Shown piece after piece: positions 52,565 to 62,061 of a stretch of DNA of 64,000 nucleotides. Positions within the stretch are counted from its first letter, which is position 1, and each line of letters starts with the position of its first letter. The notes under the pieces were generated by a model. It did not search any database. It had not been told where the DNA came from and worked only from the letters and a program-made list of their open reading frames with translations. Source of the stretch: Cyanobacteria bacterium P01_A01_bin.123 (lineage in GTDB: Bacteria; Cyanobacteriota; Cyanobacteriia; Phormidesmidales; Phormidesmidaceae); contig JBCBZT010000004.1 in the NCBI GenBank assembly GCA_039815185.1, positions 182,022 through 246,021 on the forward strand, read 5' to 3'. The translations under genes and the position numbers were made by a program.

Positions 52565-53767
52565 ATGGTTCTACAAGCATTTACTCCCGTTCAATCAGCC
52601 CCCCCTACCCTGCCGCCACGGGGGACCAAAATCAGCTTTTTCTTGCCTAACCTTGACGGCGGCGGTGCTGAACGGGTCTTCGTCCATCTGGCTGAAGGGT
52701 TTGTCGAAAGGGGCTATGCTGTTGATTTGGTGCTGGCGGAAGCCGAAGGCCCCTATTTGGCCAAAGTTCCTGGAACGATCAATGTGGTGGATTTACAAGC
52801 GCGATCGCCCGTGCTTTTGTCTAAAACCATCGCTCTCAAACGATACCTCCAGCAGGAAACCCCAGCGGCCCTGCTGACCACCCTAGACATCTTTAACTCG
52901 GCAGCTTGGGCTAGGCGCATGGCTAAGGTGCTCACCCGTGTGATCATGGTGGTGCAAACTAACTTGACCCAACAGTTTCGCGATCGCCATTCACCCCCTG
53001 TCCACTGGATGCGCGCTCAGGCTGTTCGTCAGTTTTATCCCTGGGCGCAAGAAATTGTAGCGGCCTCCAAAGGCGTCGCTGAAGATGTTGCTCAAATGAG
53101 CGGCGTTAGCTTGGATAAGATTGATGTCATTTACAATCCTGTGGTCAAACCTGAACTGCACCAAAGGGTTACTGAACCGGTCGATCATCCTTGGTTTACA
53201 CCCGAGCAACCGCCAGTGATCTTAGGGGTAGGACGTTTGGTTAAGCAAAAAGACTTTGCTACCCTAGTCAAGGCCTTTGCCTTAGTGCGTGCTCAACGCC
53301 CCTGTCGGTTGATGATTTTGGGTAAAGAAGACCCCCGTGAGCCTGAAATTAAACCCGAACTCGATCGCCTCGGTAATCATTTTGGCATCACCGAAGATAT
53401 GGCTTTTCCAGGCTTTGTAGAAAACCCCTACGCTTATATGGCGCGGGCCGATGTGTTTGCCCTATCCTCGATTTATGAAGGGTTTGGCAATGTGGTTGCC
53501 GAAGCGATCGCGACTGGAACAGCTGTGGTTTCCACCGACTGTGAAAGTGGGCCTGCTGAAATTCTCGATGATGGTCGCTATGGCAAACTAGCCCCCGTAG
53601 GCGATGTCACAGCCCTAGCCGCCGCCATCAGCGAAACCTTAGATCACCCGACCGCAGCCGCAGTTTTGAAAGATCGGGCGATCGCCTTTAGCGTCGAAAC
53701 CATCGTCAATCAGTATCTGACCGTAATCCAGCGTGCCCTCCACTCTCCGAGCCTTGCCGCTATCTAG
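52565..53767 (+). CDS. Glycosyltransferase family 4
   Basis: GGGAERV, GVGRL..QKDF, SS.YEGFGNV.AEA. Confidence 0.95.
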   Translation: MVLQAFTPVQSAPPTLPPRGTKISFFLPNLDGGGAERVFVHLAEGFVERGYAVDLVLAEAEGPYLAKVPGTINVVDLQARSPVLLSKTIALKRYLQQETPAALLTTLDIFNSAAWARRMAKVLTRVIMVVQTNLTQQFRDRHSPPVHWMRAQAVRQFYPWAQEIVAASKGVAEDVAQMSGVSLDKIDVIYNPVVKPELHQRVTEPVDHPWFTPEQPPVILGVGRLVKQKDFATLVKAFALVRAQRPCRLMILGKEDPREPEIKPELDRLGNHFGITEDMAFPGFVENPYAYMARADVFALSSIYEGFGNVVAEAIATGTAVVSTDCESGPAEILDDGRYGKLAPVGDVTALAAAISETLDHPTAAAVLKDRAIAFSVETIVNQYLTVIQRALHSPSLAAI

Positions 53768-53809
53768 AATCCGCAGTTTAGGCCCTTGCCCATCCCAGGA
53801 GCACTATCC

Positions 53810-54958
53810 ATGACCAGCATTTTATTTCTCGATCAAAGCGGCAATATGGGTGGTGCAGAGCTGTGCTTACTCGATGTTGCCTATCCCCATCGCCAGAGTA
53901 GTTTGGTGGGGCTCTTCAAAGACGGGCCGTTCAAAGCCGCATTGGAAGATAAAACCATTCCGGTTCAAATTCTCTCCGGTGCCGGCATTCAGATGCGTAA
54001 AGATGGTGGTTTAGCCCAAGGATTGAAAAGTATTTTTCAACTGGGACCTTGTGTCACCCAAGCTGCCAAAATTGCAGCAGATTACCAACTGATTTATGCC
54101 AATACTCAAAAAGCCTTGGTGGTGGGAGCCTTAGCCAGTGCGTTGAGCGGTCGGCCGTTGGTTTATCACCTACACGACATTATTTCTGCCGATCATTTCA
54201 GTCCGATCAACTGTTGGTTAATTGTGATGCTGGCGAATCGCTTTGCCCGGCAGATTATTGCCACTTCAGAAGCAGCCCGGAAGGCCTTTGTTGAGGCAGG
54301 GGGGCAAGGGGAGAAAGTGACTGTGGTTTATAACGGGTTCAATCCCGGCAAATATCAGGGGGTAGCTGCCAATCGCGATCGCATCCGGGCAGAACTCAAC
54401 TTACAAGACAAATTTGTCGTGGGCCACTTTAGCCGTCTTTCTGCCTGGAAGGGGCAAGATGTGCTGATTGATGCGCTGCAGCAGTGTGCAGAATCGGTGC
54501 ATGCGGTATTCGTCGGGGCAGCCCTCTATGGTGAAGATGACTATGCTGATCAGCTCCGGCATCAAGTAGAGCGCTTGGGGCTGGGCGATCGCGTCCAGTT
54601 TTTAGGATTTCGCAACGACGTGCCTGAGTTGATGGCAGCTTGTGACCTTGTAGCCCACACCTCCACAGCACCGGAACCGTTTGGCAGAGTGGTCGCAGAG
54701 GCAATGTTGAGCCAACGGCCCGTGATTGCGGCTGCCGGGGGTGGCGTTGTTGAGTTGGTGGATTCGGGTAAGAACGGCTGGCTAGTCACGCCCAATCAAC
54801 CGGCAGAATTAGCCCGAGCGATTCAACATTGCCATGACCACCCTGAGATGGCGCTTGAGGTAGCGCGTACCGCTTACAGCCAAGCGATTGAGCGGTTTCA
54901 TGTGACGAAGACACAGCAACAGATCGTTGATGTTTTGGAGACGACGGTAAGCGGCTGA
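53810..54958 (+). CDS. Glycosyltransferase family 4
   Basis: LDQSG..GGAEL, FSRLS.WKGQ, PEPFGRVVAEAM. Confidence 0.93.
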   Translation: MTSILFLDQSGNMGGAELCLLDVAYPHRQSSLVGLFKDGPFKAALEDKTIPVQILSGAGIQMRKDGGLAQGLKSIFQLGPCVTQAAKIAADYQLIYANTQKALVVGALASALSGRPLVYHLHDIISADHFSPINCWLIVMLANRFARQIIATSEAARKAFVEAGGQGEKVTVVYNGFNPGKYQGVAANRDRIRAELNLQDKFVVGHFSRLSAWKGQDVLIDALQQCAESVHAVFVGAALYGEDDYADQLRHQVERLGLGDRVQFLGFRNDVPELMAACDLVAHTSTAPEPFGRVVAEAMLSQRPVIAAAGGGVVELVDSGKNGWLVTPNQPAELARAIQHCHDHPEMALEVARTAYSQAIERFHVTKTQQQIVDVLETTVSG

Positions 54959-55075
54959 GCGGATGGCGTAAGCGTTATGAGTCCAAACCATTAATGCTCA
55001 GTGGACTTTTCCCTAAAGCTTCTTTATCTCGTTGATCTATTTGATTTAAGCACTACCAATTTATGGGTCTCTACT

Positions 55076-56035
55076 ATGGTTAGTCCCAACGATCAGCGCA
55101 CCAATCGAAGGATGATACTGGTGACGGGTGCTCCTAGGACCGGCACATCCCCTGTTGGGTATGTTTTGTCCCAGAGCCCTTGTGCTGTCTCTCTATATGA
55201 GCCCATGGGGCCCACAGGTGATGAGCGGTTCAATGAAGAGTTCCCTATGCCTGAAGTTGGCTTACTCAAGGAGAAGGATTTTCTTGCTTTTCTGAGTGAT
55301 CTGACCCATCTTCAGTTCAGTCCCAAAAAACAAAACCGACCTAGCCATCTGTCTTTACCCCTGTGGAAAAAACTAGTTTTGAAATTCACGGGCACGCGAT
55401 CGCTCCACTCTCTGCGTATTGCCCGTCTAAAGTTTTGGTCACAAACCATTATTTGGAAAGACCCCCATGCCGTATTTGCTGTGCCAGATATTCTTAAAGC
55501 TGGTATTCCAATCGTCGTAACCATGAGGCCACCCTTAGCCCATGCAGCGAGTTATAAAAGGCTGGGATGGCAGACATGTTTGCAACCTATTTATGAGCGT
55601 TACGCGAAAAAGTATGGCCCTGATCAATATATAGAACGCGTATTAACTTTAAACGGAAATGAAAGCTTTTCCGCTGTTCAATCAGCCGCAATTGTATGGC
55701 GTATGGTCTATAGCATTATTGCAAAACATCAACATGACGAAGACTTACACCTGATTCAGTCTGATGATCTTGAGCGTGATGAAATTGAGACTTACTCTAG
55801 AATTTTCGATGGTTTGAGTCTCCCCTTTCAGAATGCATCTCACTATCTTGAAGCCAGATCTCGGAGAAGCACAGGGCAATATCGAGCTCCAAAAGCGACT
55901 CATGATTGGAACCGATCTGTACATCATACGAATACATACTGGAAGTCGATGTTGTCCCCTGATGAAATTGATGAAGTTAATCAAGCAACCCATGATGTTA
56001 AGAGGCTTTTTAATGAAAGCAGCACAAGAGACTGA
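55076..56035 (+). CDS. Sulfotransferase
   Basis: ILVTGAPRTGTS, LYEP, WKDP, MRPP...AAS..RL.W. Confidence 0.85.
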   Translation: MVSPNDQRTNRRMILVTGAPRTGTSPVGYVLSQSPCAVSLYEPMGPTGDERFNEEFPMPEVGLLKEKDFLAFLSDLTHLQFSPKKQNRPSHLSLPLWKKLVLKFTGTRSLHSLRIARLKFWSQTIIWKDPHAVFAVPDILKAGIPIVVTMRPPLAHAASYKRLGWQTCLQPIYERYAKKYGPDQYIERVLTLNGNESFSAVQSAAIVWRMVYSIIAKHQHDEDLHLIQSDDLERDEIETYSRIFDGLSLPFQNASHYLEARSRRSTGQYRAPKATHDWNRSVHHTNTYWKSMLSPDEIDEVNQATHDVKRLFNESSTRD

Positions 56036-56201
56036 ATTACATCAGCTAGGGCAATAAACCCATTCTAGTTTCAGCATCGGAGTTACTCAGTACCGGAGAA
56101 TCTCACTGCCTGCAGCACTTTTTCTGCATTAAGAGAGGTTTGCAACACAGTGATCAAAATGACAAGTCTCAAAATGGATATGGGTTGATGTTGGGATAGA
56201 C

Positions 56202-57209
56202 TTATTTTTTCAATTTCTTAGCAACACGTTTAAGCAGGAGTCGCAACCGTCGCGTACGCGTTAAGCCAGAGATGTCACCGGGTTGCGATCGCGTGTGGTC
56301 AAAAAAGTCATTGATTTCGGCCAAAATCACTCGCAATCGTTTGACGATGTTAACTTCGCGATAGTCATCAAAAAAGCTCTCGGGCAAAAATTCTAGATGG
56401 GTTGACTGCACCACTTTGAGGATGCGCTGCACATCAAAGGCAGTGGAATAGGCGGCGATTTTATGGCAGTTAAATCCGGGATCTAGATAATCGGCTAGGG
56501 CACCGTTAACACTGGCAAACACCTGGCAACCGCAGGCCATAGCTTCTAAGGGCGGCAAGCCAAACCCCTCGCTGATGCCGTATTGACCCCAATATTCGGC
56601 GGAGTCGTAAAGATAAACTTTGCTGCGGTTAAAAACACCTGCTAAGTCTTCGACGAAGCTGTCTAATACAGTGACTTTGCAGTGAGATTTGAGGCCAGGC
56701 ACAAGCTGGTTTAGCAGATAGCCTGAGGACTTGCGAGACTGTACGAGGACGTCTATATCTCGGGGCTGATGGCGGTTCCGAAATTCCTTAGAGATATGGT
56801 TAGGTAGGTAATACAGCAGGCTATTGATTGAGCGCTGGCCCCAATAACCCAGGCTGTTGCGGCTAACGGTCAGGATAGGAATATCTGACGGTAGAGTAAA
56901 TCCATAGCCTGCACTGTGGGCGTGATAAATGATGTTGTAGCCCTTGAGCCGTTTGACCAGTTTGGGCACATGGAAGCCCCAACTGACGACAAAAATAGCG
57001 TCTTGTTGCAGATTAATGGAGAGGCTTGTATTAGGCGATCGCGTCAGTAAGTCATCCAAAAACAACGTGTCTTTTTCCGGCTGGGCATAGGTCACCACAT
57101 CAGCACGACAAATTTGCTGAGCCAGCTTGAAGATCTTCAGCTCGGCGAACAGCCCCCCCACGCGGTATTGGCCGCTGGTGCCGGGGACGAGGAAGTAGAG
57201 GTGACGCAT
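56202..57209 (-). CDS. Glycosyltransferase (GT4-like, conserved cyanobacterial)
   Basis: LYFLVPGT...GGL.AELK, EGFGLPPLEAMACGC. Confidence 0.9.
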   Translation of the reverse strand: MRHLYFLVPGTSGQYRVGGLFAELKIFKLAQQICRADVVTYAQPEKDTLFLDDLLTRSPNTSLSINLQQDAIFVVSWGFHVPKLVKRLKGYNIIYHAHSAGYGFTLPSDIPILTVSRNSLGYWGQRSINSLLYYLPNHISKEFRNRHQPRDIDVLVQSRKSSGYLLNQLVPGLKSHCKVTVLDSFVEDLAGVFNRSKVYLYDSAEYWGQYGISEGFGLPPLEAMACGCQVFASVNGALADYLDPGFNCHKIAAYSTAFDVQRILKVVQSTHLEFLPESFFDDYREVNIVKRLRVILAEINDFFDHTRSQPGDISGLTRTRRLRLLLKRVAKKLKK

Positions 57210-57314
57210 TGGGAGTGGGGGAATGGGGGGAGTAGGGGAATGGCGGCGGCGGCGGGTAAGGGAGCGAGGGGAGCAGGGGGAGCGGGGGAGGTCTAAAATC
57301 CAAAATCTAAAATT
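57210..57314. repeat. STRR-like short tandem repeats (G-rich units, then TC(C/T)AAAA heptamers)
   Basis: gggagcgaggggagcagggggagcggggg followed by tctaaaa-tccaaaa-tctaaaa. Confidence 0.6.
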
Positions 57315-57387
57315 CGTTTCCTCCCTAACGCTCTCATGTTTGATAGAGAGCTAGCTCCGCGCTCGAATCAGAGTTGCCAACGTCTTG

Positions 57388-57783
57388 TCATCTATCTGTA
57401 GCCGACTTATCCCTAGGATAAGAGCACTCTACTGTGATTTTGAGATTACATTCGGCGGTGCCTTGGGTAACGTAAGGGACGCCTGCTTCTCCGGCGACTT
57501 TGACCCCAAATTCTAGGGTGACTTTATCGACGTTGACGTCGCTTATATCTTTGAAGGCGTTGAGCGTGTTGCGTGTATAGGTGCGAATGGTACCCTGGAC
57601 AGCTCGAAAGTTGTCGTTGACGCTTTTGCGCATTCGATCGCCCAATCCCTTATCAGTGCGGGTTTGGCCTTCGGGTTCTGCTTCATCTGGGGCAAGGAGT
57701 GGGGTGGGAGCGGTGAGGTCTTCAGTGGCTTCCATGTAGATGACGGTGCCATCTTCTAAGGTGATTGGGGCAAGTTGGGTCAT
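57388..57783 (-). CDS. CU044_2847 / Trypco1 (trypsin-co-occurring) family protein
   Basis: PITLEDGTVIYME...VTLEFGVKVAGEAGVPYVTQGTAECNLKITVEC. Confidence 0.8.
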   Translation of the reverse strand: MTQLAPITLEDGTVIYMEATEDLTAPTPLLAPDEAEPEGQTRTDKGLGDRMRKSVNDNFRAVQGTIRTYTRNTLNAFKDISDVNVDKVTLEFGVKVAGEAGVPYVTQGTAECNLKITVECSYPRDKSATDR

Positions 57784-57817
57784 GGATGTCGGATCCCTGA
57801 TGTAAGTCAATAGCTTT

Positions 57818-59647
57818 ATGTTAAAAGCTGTAAGTTCGCGCGCTTCTTTAATTTCTATGGTTCCTGCTGCTGATCTCGTTTCCCATTCAGTTGGGCTTGG
57901 ATTTCAATATCGCAGCGATGCTCCCTTGCGAACGCTGTTCTTGCTCTATCGCCAGGACTGGCAGAAGCTAGCCCAATCGTTTTCTTTTTTTGTGATTAAG
58001 CACAGCCCTGAGTGGATTCGTCCGCTGATTATTGCCAATATCATCGATATTCTGACCCAGCCAGAGGAGTATCAACTTTCAGCCCTTTGGCTCAACGGGA
58101 CGGTTTTGGTCATCAGCGTGATTCAAAATTTGCCCATGCATTATCTGCATATTGGGGCGATGAGTGCTGCGGTGCGGCAGATGGAGCTGAACCTGCGCTC
58201 AGCCATTACCTTGCGGTTGCAGCAGCTTTCCATCAACTACCACAACCGCCGGAGCACAGGGACGATCCAAGCAAAACTGCTACAAGACGTGGACAGAATT
58301 CAGCAGCTCACCCGAGATGTGTTTCAGTTTATTCCGGCGGCGCTGTTGACGATTGCGATCGCGATTGGGGTGACAGCTCGACGGGCTCCTTGGTTCTTGC
58401 TGTTTTTTGTGGCGACGGTGCCTGCGGCGGTGTTGATTGTGCGCCTGTTGCGAGGGCCGATGCGCGATCGCAACTATGCCTTTCGCAGGCAGGTGGAAAC
58501 GATGTCGGCTCACCTGTCAGAAATGATCAAGCTGATTCCCGTTACCCGTGCCCACGGGGCTGAGTCCACTGCGATTCAGCGCACCCAAACCACGCTAGAT
58601 TCAGTTAAGCAGGCGGGCCTGCGCCTAGACAGCATCAACGCGATCACCAACGCCTCTACCTGGATCACGCTGCGTTTATTCAATGCCACCTGTCTAATCA
58701 TGGCGGCCTATCTGGCCTACACCGGGCAGTTAAACATCTCGCCGGGCGATGTGGTGTTGCTCACAGGCTATTTCGACACCTTGACTCAATCCACAGCACA
58801 GATTCTGGCCGTCTTGCCCCAGATGACAACGGGATTAGAAGCAATTCGTTCTGTGGGTGAAATTCTGGAGTGCCCCGATTTGGAATTTAACCAGGGCAAG
58901 CAACCCGTTGAGGAGGTGACGGGAAGCGTGCACTTTGAGGCAGTCAGCTTTACTTATCCAGATCAAATGCGTCCAGCCCTACACGGAATTGATCTGGCGG
59001 TGGAGGCGGGAGAAACGATTGCGTTAGTTGGCCCTTCGGGGGCGGGAAAATCGACCCTGGTTAGCCTGGTGATTGGCTTTCTGCGGCCCACCCACGGACA
59101 AATTCTGTTGGATGGCAAAGACATGAATCTGCTGGATTTACGCACATACCGGCAGTTTGTCTCGGTGGTAGCCCAGGAGACAATTTTGTTTGAGGGGACG
59201 GTACGCGACAATATTCTCTACGGCGTGGAGTCGGTGGACGAAGCCCGCTTGAGACAGGCAATCCGTGACGCCTACGCCGAAGAATTCATTACCCAACTAC
59301 CCGCTGGCCTCAACACACTTATCGGTGAAAATGGAGCCCGCCTTTCTGGAGGACAGCGGCAGCGATTAGCGATCGCCCGCGCCCTAATTCGCAACCCCCG
59401 CGTGCTGATTTTGGACGAGGCTACTGCTTCCCTCGATACGGCCTCTGAATCAATGATTCAAGCTGCTTTGACGACGCTGATGCAGGGACGTACCACGTTT
59501 GTGGTTGCCCACCGACTCTCTACGATTCGCCAAGCGGATCGGATTGTGGTGCTTGATCAAGGCCACATTGTAGAGGTCGGTAATCACCGCCAATTGCTGC
59601 GGCAACAAGGGCTCTATGCTGAGCTGCACACCCTCCAGGTTTTATAG
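57818..59647 (+). CDS. ABC transporter, fused permease/ATPase (MsbA-like)
   Basis: TM domain plus GPSGAGKST, LSGGQRQR, ILDEAT.SLD, AHRLST. Confidence 0.95.
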   Translation: MLKAVSSRASLISMVPAADLVSHSVGLGFQYRSDAPLRTLFLLYRQDWQKLAQSFSFFVIKHSPEWIRPLIIANIIDILTQPEEYQLSALWLNGTVLVISVIQNLPMHYLHIGAMSAAVRQMELNLRSAITLRLQQLSINYHNRRSTGTIQAKLLQDVDRIQQLTRDVFQFIPAALLTIAIAIGVTARRAPWFLLFFVATVPAAVLIVRLLRGPMRDRNYAFRRQVETMSAHLSEMIKLIPVTRAHGAESTAIQRTQTTLDSVKQAGLRLDSINAITNASTWITLRLFNATCLIMAAYLAYTGQLNISPGDVVLLTGYFDTLTQSTAQILAVLPQMTTGLEAIRSVGEILECPDLEFNQGKQPVEEVTGSVHFEAVSFTYPDQMRPALHGIDLAVEAGETIALVGPSGAGKSTLVSLVIGFLRPTHGQILLDGKDMNLLDLRTYRQFVSVVAQETILFEGTVRDNILYGVESVDEARLRQAIRDAYAEEFITQLPAGLNTLIGENGARLSGGQRQRLAIARALIRNPRVLILDEATASLDTASESMIQAALTTLMQGRTTFVVAHRLSTIRQADRIVVLDQGHIVEVGNHRQLLRQQGLYAELHTLQVL

Positions 59648-59747
59648 CGTTAGCCACAAAGCTTTGTGCGCTACCGCGAGCCAGATTGCTTGTGGACTCA
59701 GCATCCTGGTGATACTCGGTGCATTGAGCAATCTGGCCAGCGCTATA
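59643..59747 (-). mobile_element. 105-bp MITE-like dispersed repeat, copy 3 (inverted)
   Basis: The reverse complement differs from 16241-16345 at only a few positions; its terminus contains the TAG stop of the ABC gene. Confidence 0.8.
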
Positions 59748-60145
59748 TAAATTTCATGCCAATGCTGTCGTCATCGGCACGTTGCAGTGGGCCGGGTTCA
59801 TACAGGCACTTGGAGGAGTAATTCTAAGGCAGCAACGCGATCATGTGTTGACTCAGTAAACACACGCAATACGCTGACCGCAGTCGTTACTGCATATACC
59901 AATTACCTGACTAGAGCGTGACATTTGGCAGGGGCGATCGCGATCGCAGCAATTCACAGCGCTGTGGGATGGACTCAACCTGGGCAATCATATTGCCCAA
60001 AATCTTGCACTAACAAGGCTTGCAGAAATTCTTGGCGAGTTGTATTACCATGCAAGGTTAGACTAAAGCGTAATCCATAACAAATTTTTATTTTTCTGGG
60101 GAGTCATGTTAATTTGCTCTAAGCGGGGGGCTAATCCCTTAGCTG

Positions 60146-61960
60146 ATGTTGGATGTACGTCTTTTCCAGGAATTCGTGATGACAAAGACTATCTTGGCAG
60201 TTAAGGCTTTTATTGATACCTACGATAGGGAGCCTTTGGCATACCAGGACCTAGATCGCGCGGTTAGAGCCATTTGTAATAGTGAGCAGTTCAAATCCCT
60301 GCTGCTTGCGTTGATTAACAGTCCAGCCTTTTCTGAAGAATTTGGTAGAGAATTTGCCTCAGCAGGTGCGATTAAGGGTTTGTCGGCCTGCCGCCGACTT
60401 CGGAGTTGTCTTAACCTTTCACTGAGCAGTTTTTTTGGCTTATTAGCTGAGCTCATCTCAGCTTTTGATATGCCCGCAGACCTGGATTGGTCTGCCTTTG
60501 CACACAGAGTGCACCAGTCTGAGACAGCCCAAGAGAAACTCTTAGCCGTTCTCTTGCGCGGCCCAGATCAGGCGTTTTATCAGGAATTCGCGTCTCAATT
60601 GGTGGAAACTGATCCCCATGCGATATATCCGACATCAAGCTACCGCGAAAGTCGGGGTTATGTGGTGAGCACCGACGACGATCAGATCGTTGAGGCTGTG
60701 ATGACCTCCAGTACGTTCACTTCAATCAAAGTGCTAGAGAACGTGCTTGATCCCCAGCAGACTGTCTTGAGAGACACCTATGTTGCGCTAGGACGCTGTG
60801 TGTGTTTGGTGGATCAGAACGTAGAGCGCTATTACGGGGAGCAACTTGACCACTATTTTGACCACCATGGCATTCGCTTAGAAAAGCTAGTCTATCGAGC
60901 CATGGAAGTGGATAAGGGGATCCATACCGTTGAGCACATGCTGGGTGACTTCAAGCGGCTGGGTGTCTCCCGTAACGAACCCGTCCTAATTGTGGGGGGT
61001 GGGGTTTTAACGGATACTGGCGGACTCGCTTGTGCGCTTTACCATCGCAATACCCCCTATGTGATGCTGTCTACCTCGATTGTGGCCGGGATTGACGCCG
61101 GGCCTTCGCCGCGCACCTGCTGTGATGGGTTTGGCTACAAGAACCTCTTTGGTGCTTATCATGCGCCAGTGTTGTCACTCACCGATCGCTCTTTCTTTAA
61201 GACCCTGCATGAGGGGTGGTTGCGGCACGGCATTGCTGAGATTATCAAGATGGCGGTGGTGAAAAATGCAGAACTGTTTAGCTATCTCGAAGAAGCTGGG
61301 CCAGCGTTGATTACAACCCGGTTTGGCACTTTGGATTGTCAACCCGATGACGCCCTCAGTGCCCTTTCTCAAAAGATTTTAGGGGCAGCGATGCGCAGCT
61401 ATGTTGAGGCTGAATATGACAACCTCTATGAAACGCATCAGTGTCGTCCCCATGCCTATGGCCACACTTGGTCGCCGGGGTTTGAAATCGAAGCCGGGCT
61501 CTTGCACGGCCATGCGGTTGCCATTGGTATGGGCTTTGGGGCCTACATGAGCTATCGCAACAACTGGATTAGCGATCAGGATTGCCACCGAATTTTGCGG
61601 TTGATTAGCTCCTTTGGCTTGAGTTTGTGGCATGACGTGCTGCTCAATCAAGAAACCCTCTGGGCGGCGCAAGAAAAGATTGTCCAGAAGCGGGGTGGCA
61701 ATCTGGTTGCACCCTTGCCTAAAGGCAAAATTGGTAAATGCGGCTACCTGAACGCGCTGACCCGTGATCAGCTCAATGCAGCGGTCAAAGCCTACCAAAA
61801 GGTTTGTGCAGACTACCCCAGAAAGGGCTTGGGCATTGATCCCCTCTGTAGCGACGTGGGTTTGGAAGATCCGTCAACGGTTGCTCATCATGTCCTCGCT
61901 ACACCCATTGAAGTCTATGGAGACAGCGAAAGCTCGGTAGAAGTGTTATCTGGCGTATAA
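60146..61960 (+). CDS. Sedoheptulose-7-phosphate cyclase, long divergent demethyl-4-deoxygadusol synthase (MysA)-like
   Basis: DHQS-like fold: VGGGVLTDTGG.A..LYHR.TPY, IDAG, KNLFGAYH, AEIIKMA, NLYE....RPHAYGHTWSP, LLHGHAV; N-terminal extension of roughly 180 aa. Confidence 0.85.
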   Translation: MLDVRLFQEFVMTKTILAVKAFIDTYDREPLAYQDLDRAVRAICNSEQFKSLLLALINSPAFSEEFGREFASAGAIKGLSACRRLRSCLNLSLSSFFGLLAELISAFDMPADLDWSAFAHRVHQSETAQEKLLAVLLRGPDQAFYQEFASQLVETDPHAIYPTSSYRESRGYVVSTDDDQIVEAVMTSSTFTSIKVLENVLDPQQTVLRDTYVALGRCVCLVDQNVERYYGEQLDHYFDHHGIRLEKLVYRAMEVDKGIHTVEHMLGDFKRLGVSRNEPVLIVGGGVLTDTGGLACALYHRNTPYVMLSTSIVAGIDAGPSPRTCCDGFGYKNLFGAYHAPVLSLTDRSFFKTLHEGWLRHGIAEIIKMAVVKNAELFSYLEEAGPALITTRFGTLDCQPDDALSALSQKILGAAMRSYVEAEYDNLYETHQCRPHAYGHTWSPGFEIEAGLLHGHAVAIGMGFGAYMSYRNNWISDQDCHRILRLISSFGLSLWHDVLLNQETLWAAQEKIVQKRGGNLVAPLPKGKIGKCGYLNALTRDQLNAAVKAYQKVCADYPRKGLGIDPLCSDVGLEDPSTVAHHVLATPIEVYGDSESSVEVLSGV

Positions 61961-61984
61961 ACTCCATCCCGCTTGAAAACTTGA

Positions 61985-62012
61985 GTAGGGGTTCAGAACC
62001 CTGTGCCCCTAC
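61985..62012. repeat. GTAG-type REP-like palindrome
   Basis: GTAGGGG-ttcagaaccctgtg-CCCCTAC between the cyclase and the downstream gene. Confidence 0.55.
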
Positions 62013-62061
62013 CAACAAAGCGATGGCGTTGGTTGTAGAGGAGGTTTAGAGAAGCAGAATC

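Noticed and set aside
57100..57303. Pro-rich and Gly-rich short ORFs
   Set aside because: Artefacts of G-rich tandem repeats overlapping the GT start.
16241..59747. 105-bp repeats as a CRISPR array or tRNA
   Set aside because: The copies are kilobases apart, there is no repeat-spacer periodicity or cas gene, and no cloverleaf or T-loop consensus.
60146..61960. Annotating the cyclase as housekeeping AroB
   Set aside because: AYGHTWSP and NLYE motifs plus the long N-terminal extension fit sedoheptulose-7-P cyclases rather than AroB (LN.GHT.GHA).
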